Source of the DNA: Chloroflexus sp.
Lineage (GTDB): Bacteria; Chloroflexota; Chloroflexia; Chloroflexales; Chloroflexaceae
Direction: 5' to 3'
Assembly: GCA_025057175.1 (NCBI GenBank)
Contig: JANWYE010000001.1
Span: 1-59,339, forward strand
DNA length: 59,339 nucleotides
Shown: positions 48,388-59,339 of the stretch, in pieces
How positions within the stretch are numbered: position 1 is the stretch's first letter
Layout of the letters: each line of letters opens with the position of its first letter
Position numbers and translations under genes: made by a program
The notes under the pieces: generated by a model
What the model was told of the DNA's origin: nothing
Seen by the model: the letters and a program-made list of their open reading frames with translations, nothing else
Database searches by the model: none

Positions 48388-49398
48388 TCATGTCAAATCC
48401 AACCCGCTGAGGCTGTCGTACAACACATCGAGGTTTTCCAAGGCCAAACCGGTGCCGATTGCGACGCACGATGCCGGCTGATCGGCCACGTAGCAAGGCA
48501 CACCGGTCACCTCAGTCAATAAGTCGTTGATCCGGCGCAACATCGAACCGCCGCCGGTCATCACCATGCCCTTGTCGATAATGTCTGAACTCAACTCAGG
48601 CGGCGTCTCGACCAATACCGCGCGCACCGCATTGACAATCGCCTCGAGCGGTTCTTGGATGGCTTCAGTAATCTCGTTGCTGTCAACCTGTATCGTGCGC
48701 GGCAAGCCGGTCACCTGATCGCGCCCGCGCACCTGCGTGACCAGTGGTTTGTCGAGCGGCAGCGCCGAGCCAATCTCAATCTTCACCGCTTCAGCGGTGC
48801 GTTCGCCGATCAACAAGTTATATTTTCGCTTGATATAGGCTGCAATGGCCTCATCAAACCGGTTACCGCCCACCCGCACCGAGGTGCTTACCACAATATC
48901 ATTGAGCGAGATCACGGCTACTTCGGTCGTGCCGCCGCCAATGTCGATTACCAGATTGCCCGAAGGTTGCGCGATCGGGATATTAGCCCCAATTGCGGCA
49001 GCCAGCGGCTCGCGGATAAGATATGCCTTGCCGGCGCCAGCCTCTAGCGCAGCGTAGCGCACAGCGCGCATCTCAACGCTGGTGACACCGGCAGGAATAC
49101 AGATCATCACTTCGGGCCGCGAGAAGCGAAATCTGCCGGCGGCGCGACCGATAAAGTGGCGCAGCATCTCTTCAGTCACGACATAATCGGCGATCACGCC
49201 ATTGCGCATCGGGCGCACCACCTCAATGCTTTCCGGTTCGCGACCCAGCATTGCCATTGCTTCAGCGCCTACGGCGCGCACCCGCCCATCGCGTGTGCTC
49301 AGCGCCACTGCTGACGGCTCAGAAAGGACAATGCCCTTGCCCTTGACATACACTAAAACATTGGCTGTGCCAAGATCAATCCCGATTTTGCGGGCCAT
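48388..49398 (-). CDS. mreB: Rod shape-determining actin-like protein
   Basis: [30 protein letters not shown] and TGGGS. Confidence 0.96.
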   Translation of the reverse strand: MARKIGIDLGTANVLVYVKGKGIVLSEPSAVALSTRDGRVRAVGAEAMAMLGREPESIEVVRPMRNGVIADYVVTEEMLRHFIGRAAGRFRFSRPEVMICIPAGVTSVEMRAVRYAALEAGAGKAYLIREPLAAAIGANIPIAQPSGNLVIDIGGGTTEVAVISLNDIVVSTSVRVGGNRFDEAIAAYIKRKYNLLIGERTAEAVKIEIGSALPLDKPLVTQVRGRDQVTGLPRTIQVDSNEITEAIQEPLEAIVNAVRAVLVETPPELSSDIIDKGMVMTGGGSMLRRINDLLTEVTGVPCYVADQPASCVAIGTGLALENLDVLYDSLSGLDLT

Positions 49399-49651
49399 AA
49401 ACGTTCCTATTGATGTGTATGAAACATTGGCGTTGAGTTATGCCATTTCGCGACAGTGGTGATGCATCACGATTTCGCCGTGCCATTGCAAGCGCGCCGA
49501 GTGCTCACCGCAATTCGCTCCTAATCTTATTCACTGGCCTCCTATGCATCACCGTTAGCGCGAATTGGCATGCCAATTGCCGATGCATAGTCGCGGCGTA
49601 TTATAACAAATGATGGTGGATGCTGGCAATTGCGTGTGAGAGGGATACATA

Positions 49652-49676
49652 AGGGACACAGCATTGCCGTGTCCCT
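49652..49676. repeat. REP-like palindrome downstream of atpC
   Basis: AGGGACACAGC-ATT-GCCGTGTCCCT. Confidence 0.6.
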
Positions 49677-49730
49677 CCCATTCACGTCTTGATGAGGTGG
49701 CATTGGATGTCTTCACGCGCCAGATGGTTG

Positions 49731-50150
49731 CTACGACTGGCGTCGTTTGATCTTGTTCAACTGGGCGACGCGCAAACGCACCATCTCTTTGCGCAATTTG
49801 GCTTCAGCTAGCGCCATGTCACGCTCGCTCTGCGCTTCGCGCCGGCGGGCTTCAGCTTCGGCCCGCGCCTTTTCGGCCCGCGCCTCGTCAATCTCATCGG
49901 CCCGTTCGACCGTATCGGCTAGAATGGTCACGCGGTGCGGCAACACCTCCATAAACCCACCCGACACGGCAAATGGCGTGCGCTCGCCATTCTTGATAAT
50001 ATCAAGCTCACCCGGTTCGAGGATCGTCATCAGCGGAGCGTGGCGCGGCAAGATACCGACCCGACCATCTTTGGTCGGCGCGCTGATCATGTCAACATCA
50101 TCCGACAAGATCACCCGCTCGGCGGTGACAATCTCTAAATGGATAGGCAT
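49731..50150 (-). CDS. atpC: ATP synthase epsilon subunit
   Basis: LEIVTAER, GILPRHAPL and SGGFMEV. Confidence 0.96.
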   Translation of the reverse strand: MPIHLEIVTAERVILSDDVDMISAPTKDGRVGILPRHAPLMTILEPGELDIIKNGERTPFAVSGGFMEVLPHRVTILADTVERADEIDEARAEKARAEAEARRREAQSERDMALAEAKLRKEMVRLRVAQLNKIKRRQS

Positions 50151-50219
50151 GAGCTGCTCCTTTTGCCTACCACAGACCGGAGCCGGCGGCGACAGCTTGG
50201 CCTCGCCGCCGGCCCGATC

Positions 50220-52528
<2,309 letters not shown>

Positions 52529-52591
52529 ATCGAACCCTTTGCAGTCAAGCAGCCGGCGCACAGGCACATTGCCTGCCCGCCGGTGATCATG

Positions 52592-54160
<1,569 letters not shown>

Positions 54161-54217
54161 GCTCTACTCCGTCGCGCTGGTGGCCGGCGATACCGGGCCA
54201 GCGAGCTGAGTGCTACT

Positions 54218-54691
54218 TTAACTTGCTTGCAATACACGCTGTATGGCGCTGAGCCGGGCGCGCAGACTATTATCGAGCACTTGATCGCCAACCCGGATGA
54301 TCAAGCCGCCAATCAGCGTTGGATCGACATGATAGCTTACATGGACATCGCCGTAGCGCTGGCGCAGCTCGTTCGTAATTCGCTCTTTCTGCTCACTGCT
54401 CAGCTCGATCGCGCTGGTCACACTGGCGTCAATCGCGCGGCTACTGGTCTCAAGATAGCTCTGCAAGGCGGCGGCCACCGCATTCAGCTCGCCGGTCAGC
54501 CCCTCTTTGGCCATTGTGAGCAAGAAATTGCGCACCTGCGGCAGCAGATCAGAAGGCAGCACTGCTGCCGCATCGCTTGGCGCAAGGCCGGCGATTCGCG
54601 GCGCTGCGGCTCGAATCTGCTCAGCAGCCGTGGTGAGTAGCGCTTCAACGAGCGGGCTAGCCAGCGCCCGTGCATCAATGGTCGTTGCCAT
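54218..54691 (-). CDS. atpH: ATP synthase delta subunit with a short, divergent N-terminus
   Basis: VTSAIEL...[22 protein letters not shown]; position in the operon. Confidence 0.92.
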   Translation of the reverse strand: MATTIDARALASPLVEALLTTAAEQIRAAAPRIAGLAPSDAAAVLPSDLLPQVRNFLLTMAKEGLTGELNAVAAALQSYLETSSRAIDASVTSAIELSSEQKERITNELRQRYGDVHVSYHVDPTLIGGLIIRVGDQVLDNSLRARLSAIQRVLQAS

Positions 54692-54736
54692 ACTCTCTGT
54701 TTCCTCTCACAGACTGGCATTACCAGTGCTGTGGCG

Positions 54737-55231
54737 TTAGTTACGGCGATCAAGCGCCTTTAACGACTCGGCAATCAATGCATCGTGACCACGAGCCTGC
54801 AACTCAGCGCCGAGCACGCGGCTGGCCGTCAACGTCACCAAATCGGCAATTTGACTCTTGGCCTCGCTCAGCATCCGAGCCCGCTCTTGTTCGGCCTGCG
54901 CCCGAGCCTCTTCCTTCAAGCGCTCGGCCTCGCGGCGCGCCTGCGCAATGATCTCGGCTTCCTGCTGCTTAGCCCGCTCTTGGGCCTGCGCCACGATCTT
55001 AGCCGCCTCTTGCCGCGCCTTGGCGATTTCCGCCTCGTAATCTCGCTTGGCGTTCGCCAACTGCTCGCGCACCTTCTCCGCATCGCGAACGCTCTCTTCG
55101 ATCCGCTTTGTGCGCTCGTTGAGCAGATTCATTACCGGACGGTACAGCAGCGCGCGCAGAATGAAGATCAGCAACAGAAAGTTGATCAGTTGCGCGAGAA
55201 ATAGGGTCGGATTAATACCTAATGCTTCCAC
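54737..55231 (-). CDS. atpF: ATP synthase b subunit
   Basis: N-terminal TM ([14 protein letters not shown]) followed by a coiled coil. Confidence 0.95.
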   Translation of the reverse strand: MEALGINPTLFLAQLINFLLLIFILRALLYRPVMNLLNERTKRIEESVRDAEKVREQLANAKRDYEAEIAKARQEAAKIVAQAQERAKQQEAEIIAQARREAERLKEEARAQAEQERARMLSEAKSQIADLVTLTASRVLGAELQARGHDALIAESLKALDRRN

Positions 55232-55261
55232 CCTGCAAACCTCCCGTAAACGCGCAATGGC

Positions 55262-55492
55262 TTACTGCAACACGCCGAAACCGATCAAGAACGCAATAAC
55301 CAGACCGAAGATGGCTAACGCTTCGGTAAAGGCAATCCCGATAAACATGTACGTGACGACCCGGTTCTCGATTTCAGGATTGCGGCCAATCGCCTGCACC
55401 GCACCCGACACAATGATACCAATGCCAACACCCGGCCCGATAGCGCCCAAACCCACTGCGAGCGCGGTTGCGACGAGATTTAGACCCTCCAT
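55262..55492 (-). CDS. atpE: ATP synthase c subunit
   Basis: GLGAIGPGVGIG, RNPE and FTEALAIFG. Confidence 0.97.
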   Translation of the reverse strand: MEGLNLVATALAVGLGAIGPGVGIGIIVSGAVQAIGRNPEIENRVVTYMFIGIAFTEALAIFGLVIAFLIGFGVLQ

Positions 55493-55570
55493 GATTAAGA
55501 TGCCTCCTTAAAGCAGACTCTGCGACGATCCCATACTTCTAAACAATCGCGGATTATCCGCGCGAACCCA

Positions 55571-56506
55571 TCAATGTGCATGTTCCTCGTCGTGGCCGGT
55601 CACGGCAATGTTGAGGAAAGCGTAGGTCAGTAGCGCGAAGATCAGCGCTTGGATAAACCCAACGAACACCTCGAAGCCGTAGAAGGGCAGCGGCAGCAAT
55701 AGTGGCACAAGGAAGGCCATCACCACCAGTAGCACCTCGCCGGCGAAGATATTGCCGAAAAGACGGAAGGCCAGCGCGAAGGGCTTCACCAGTTCGGAGA
55801 TGAACTCAATGATACCGACGAACGACATAATGCCGTTCAGGTTAAAGAACTTCTTTAGATAACCCGGACCGAGGGCGCGAAAACCCCAATATTCAATGAA
55901 GACGAACGAGATGACCGCAATGGCAAAGGTGAAGTTAAGGTCAGCCGCTGGCGCGCGGAAGAGCGGTACCAACTTCTTACCCTGCGCGGCGCAGGTGTCA
56001 TGCACCTCTTCGCTCTCGGCGGCTGGAACACTAGCTGGCCCCACAAGCGCCAAGCGCTCTTCCACCACAACACCATGCTTTTCTTCTTTGTGTTTCTCAT
56101 GGCAGACGCCAATCGAGCCGACACCCGGCAGCAAGCCGAACCAATTGCCGAACAACACAAAGAGGAAGATCGTTGCGACTAGTGGGAAGGCAGTCGCCAC
56201 GTACTTTGCATTGATGTTGCGGAAGAGGTTGTAGAGCGTTTCGAGAACAAACTCCATCACATTTTGCAACCCGCGCGGCACCATCTGTAGGTTGCGGGTG
56301 GCAGCAAATGCCAGCGCAATCACCAAAATGTCAATGATGATGCTAACGACAAACGAGTTGGTGATGGGAAAGCCGGGGATGCCGTCAAAGATAACTTCAG
56401 CGGCGACTTCGACGTGCGGCGGGCCAGTGTAAAGGAAGAAGCGGCTAGCAATGGAGATGATGAGCGCCCCTACGATAATGAGAATGTTTCGAGTCCGCGT
56501 TGACAA
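55571..56506 (-). CDS. atpB: ATP synthase a subunit
   Basis: PRGLQN and ALAFRLFGNIFAGE; TTG start after AGGAGG. Confidence 0.96.
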   Translation of the reverse strand: MSTRTRNILIIVGALIISIASRFFLYTGPPHVEVAAEVIFDGIPGFPITNSFVVSIIIDILVIALAFAATRNLQMVPRGLQNVMEFVLETLYNLFRNINAKYVATAFPLVATIFLFVLFGNWFGLLPGVGSIGVCHEKHKEEKHGVVVEERLALVGPASVPAAESEEVHDTCAAQGKKLVPLFRAPAADLNFTFAIAVISFVFIEYWGFRALGPGYLKKFFNLNGIMSFVGIIEFISELVKPFALAFRLFGNIFAGEVLLVVMAFLVPLLLPLPFYGFEVFVGFIQALIFALLTYAFLNIAVTGHDEEHAH

Positions 56507-56758
56507 CGCCTACCTCCTGCTCGACAACGTCGGGCATTGCTCAGCGCCTTCTTCTGTGCGCGCTGCAGCCCGGAGCGCGAACGACCACTTTTTTGTTCCG
56601 TCTTTCACAATCAGTATAACGCACCTCGCAAAATTTCGCAAACGACCCATGCTTTGTGAGGTAGGACGGTTGCGATTTTGCGAAGCCGCCGCGAGTATAC
56701 CATAGCTGTGCGGTACGGGCAAACGGGGAAGCGGAGGGATGGGGATGAGCGCGAACGC

Positions 56759-56789
56759 CGGAGGGGCATAGCAACGCTATGCCCCTCCG
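56759..56789. repeat. REP-like palindrome or terminator
   Basis: CGGAGGGGCATAGC-AAC-GCTATGCCCCTCCG, a perfect 14-bp stem. Confidence 0.7.
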
Positions 56790-56795
56790 ATGCCC

Positions 56796-57989
56796 CTATG
56801 ACGCCCGCGCCAACACATCGCGCAGTTCGCGAATGGCGCGTTTGGCATTCACCCACACTGCGCCAATCTTCGAGCTGGCAACACGCTTGTTGAAGACCAA
56901 GACGAGCAAAAACCGCTGAGCCACATCGAAACAGTAGAGATCGATGTTGACGCCTTCGTGGATATACACGCTGGTCGCATCTTCTTCGCGCAGTTGGCGC
57001 GCCACTTCGCCAGTGGTGGAGAAGCCGGTTGAGAGCAGCGGCAAGACAATCATTAATGGCAGATTGCCCTTGTCACCGGTTTCAACCAAGATCATCCCGG
57101 CACGATCAGTTAACATAATACTCTGAGTGCCGAGATCTTGCCCTAACTGGCTCATAATACTGCGGATGGCCGCAATATTTTGCTCAGTGACAATCAGGTT
57201 CCGGCCATCGCTGCGCCAGCCTAACGGCGGTTCAGATGAAGCAGACGATGCGGCCGCAGGCGGCGACGCGCTTGGGCGGCGCTCGGCAGCGGCGCGTGAT
57301 CGGGCAGCCAATCCACCCTTGTGGTGGGCAGCTTCTCGCGCAGCGGCTTCGCGGGCCGCGCGCTCGGCGGCTTCGCGTTCAGCGGCTTCACGGGCCTCGC
57401 GTTCGGCGGCTTCGCGGGCCGCGCGCTCAGCAGCTTCGCGTTCAGCTCGTGATGGCAACACTACCCGTGCAGGGGTAAAGGTGCGCGATGGGGTGGTATC
57501 TGCCGGCGGTGGCGCTGGTGTCTCTTTCTTAGTTGCCAAAGCCGGTGGCTCGCCACGATCTGTCTCGGCAGCCGCGCGTGTTGTGGCCGGCACCGGTGCG
57601 GGTGGAGCTACAGGCGTTGGTTCTGATCGCGGTACGTCTAGCGCCCGATTGACTGCGGCGCGCACGGTGTCTAGACTCACATCGCCGCTCAACACTGTAC
57701 TCACGCCAGCAGCCTGAGCGCGTTCGCGGTCAGTGTTGCTCACGCCAGCCCCCCATAACACCACCCGCGTATGTGGGTCAAAATTCGGTACAATCTCAGC
57801 AAGATCAAGCCCGCTCATTTCGTCGAGTTCGAGTTCGCTCAGCACGAGATCCGGCGGCTCGGTGCTGATGGCCCAGAGCGCATCATTGGCCGAATCAAAG
57901 AGTTGCACAGTTGCAGCCCCGGCCATCGCTTCCGGCAGACCGCGCAGAATCGGGTTTGTGCGGGCGACCACGACAATACGATAGGTCAT
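56796..57989 (-). CDS. Receiver-like domain, Pro/Ala and charged-helix linker, and C-terminal Roadblock/LC7 (MglB-like) domain
   Basis: N-terminal PPDLVLSELELDEMSGLDL; EAAERAAR repeats; C-terminal IMLTDRAGMILVETG...LLVLVFNKRVASSKIGAVW roadblock pattern. Confidence 0.78.
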   Translation of the reverse strand: MTYRIVVVARTNPILRGLPEAMAGAATVQLFDSANDALWAISTEPPDLVLSELELDEMSGLDLAEIVPNFDPHTRVVLWGAGVSNTDRERAQAAGVSTVLSGDVSLDTVRAAVNRALDVPRSEPTPVAPPAPVPATTRAAAETDRGEPPALATKKETPAPPPADTTPSRTFTPARVVLPSRAEREAAERAAREAAEREAREAAEREAAERAAREAAAREAAHHKGGLAARSRAAAERRPSASPPAAASSASSEPPLGWRSDGRNLIVTEQNIAAIRSIMSQLGQDLGTQSIMLTDRAGMILVETGDKGNLPLMIVLPLLSTGFSTTGEVARQLREEDATSVYIHEGVNIDLYCFDVAQRFLLVLVFNKRVASSKIGAVWVNAKRAIRELRDVLARAS

Positions 57990-58093
57990 TGAATTCTCTC
58001 GCAATATCGCTCAAGGTCTAACTATCTACTACTGCCCATTAGTATACCTGAAATGTCTACGACTTGAAGTAGAAATTTCAGACGGGAACATAG

Positions 58094-59227
58094 TCAAGCA
58101 ATCACTTCAACGCAACTGCGTGGCAGCCAGATCGCTTCGCCGCTGCTGAGCAACACTTCTGCGGCGGCAGTGCGCACCCCGGAAGGTAAGCGTTGCGGCA
58201 AAGCCGGCAAACTGCGCACATGGCCGATCTGGCCGAGATGATCGTGGTCGAGTAGGCGCACAAGCGCGCCGGTGCGTAGCGGTGGACGCGGCGGTTCAAG
58301 CGACGTTGTGCTACTGCGCGACAATGGGATGATGACACGTGGCCGGCGATGGGGCTGGCGCAGGCTCGTGCTGCTCTCGATAAAGACTTCGCGCCGATCA
58401 TTGTTGGCCAGTAGCTCAAATAGCAGCCCTGACATGGGGGCAGCACCAATGCCTTCGGTCAGCACGATCGTCAACGGCGAGGTGATATTTCCCGACCACT
58501 GCCAATTGCGTGCGCCGATTGGCCATGGCGCGCGCTTAGCCCATTGGAAGAACGCGCGTAATTCGCTTTCGGCAATGCTGCCGATAATGATCCCGCGCAC
58601 TTGGTGCTCTACCGCTTTCCGCAGTGCAGCCGCGCTGATCCCGCTCCCGCCGATAATCACTGCATACATGCTCTGGGCATCGATCATCGTTTCGGTAATC
58701 GGTTCGGTAGGATCGAGAGTCAACAAGCGGGTGACGCCGTTACAATCGCTCCCAAAGCTGCCCACGCCATACAACTGTGCGGCAGGTGTCTCGATCACGA
58801 TGCGCCGGTTGTCAATGATCTCCATCACGATGCCGCGAATACCGGCAGTTAGCGTGATCTGCTGTGGCTCGGGCACAATGAAGGCATAGCCGGTGGCTGG
58901 ATCAACTGCGCGCAACGTGCCATTGACCGGGCTTAATACCCGGCGGCCTGCCAACCCGCGCCGGCGGGCCACGACTGCGCCCGCTTTGATCGGTTGACCA
59001 ATCGGCACCACCACTGCTTTTGCTGCTTGCGCCGGCGGTAAGCCAAGGGCGTGTGCTAGATTAATAATATACGGCGCATTCGCCCTAAGCCCGCGCGCAA
59101 TCACGTCGTCTGGCTCGACTCGGCCACCCTGTCTAACCAGTACTTCGCCGGGCTGGGGCAAGGTGCGTTCGAGGCGAGCGAGTGTACTTTTGACGAGCGG
59201 AGGGACGCCATCGGGTACGTAGAGCAT
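58094..59227 (-). CDS. Hypothetical protein with barrel-sandwich-hybrid-like hairpins and a C-terminal KOW-like motif
   Basis: VLVRQGGRVEPDDVIA, IGQPIKAGAVVA...VLSPVNGTL and LRTGALVRLLDHDHLGQIGHV. Start uncertain (59227 or 59251). Confidence 0.7.
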   Translation of the reverse strand: MLYVPDGVPPLVKSTLARLERTLPQPGEVLVRQGGRVEPDDVIARGLRANAPYIINLAHALGLPPAQAAKAVVVPIGQPIKAGAVVARRRGLAGRRVLSPVNGTLRAVDPATGYAFIVPEPQQITLTAGIRGIVMEIIDNRRIVIETPAAQLYGVGSFGSDCNGVTRLLTLDPTEPITETMIDAQSMYAVIIGGSGISAAALRKAVEHQVRGIIIGSIAESELRAFFQWAKRAPWPIGARNWQWSGNITSPLTIVLTEGIGAAPMSGLLFELLANNDRREVFIESSTSLRQPHRRPRVIIPLSRSSTTSLEPPRPPLRTGALVRLLDHDHLGQIGHVRSLPALPQRLPSGVRTAAAEVLLSSGEAIWLPRSCVEVIA

Positions 59228-59339
59228 AGTGATTGACCCTGTGCGTGACAATAATTGTCGGCGCTATTATACCATGAAACCGGTATCGGCTTTTGGCTTG
59301 TGGCTGGCTTTACCTTATTGCGATGCGATTGCAGCCGAT

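Overview
A GC-rich bacterial chromosomal segment whose gene set and protein sequences point to a Chloroflexus-like phototroph (inferred from protein similarity by eye; no search was run). Most of it is core metabolism: an NADP-type isocitrate dehydrogenase with a C-terminal CBS pair, a complete 14-gene nuoA-N complex I operon, fabI, a parvulin lipoprotein, ppa/NUDIX/ybeY, pepA, mce, mreB and the F1Fo operon atpBEFHAGDC. The most unusual part is a tightly coupled minus-strand block at about 27.7-37.7 kb. It encodes a soluble-adenylyl-cyclase-like protein (two cyclase domains, STAND ATPase, TPR), a 72-aa nitrile-hydratase-leader-like (NHLP-clan) peptide, a degenerate NACHT-HEAT protein, an R2-like ligand-binding oxidase and an SDR, with a radical SAM gene upstream. 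Other oddities are a pseudo-receiver/Roadblock fusion, a degenerate rubrerythrin-rubredoxin-DinB fusion, a 207-bp tandem palindromic repeat next to icd, and many REP-like palindromes. I saw no rRNA, tRNA, CRISPR array or transposase.
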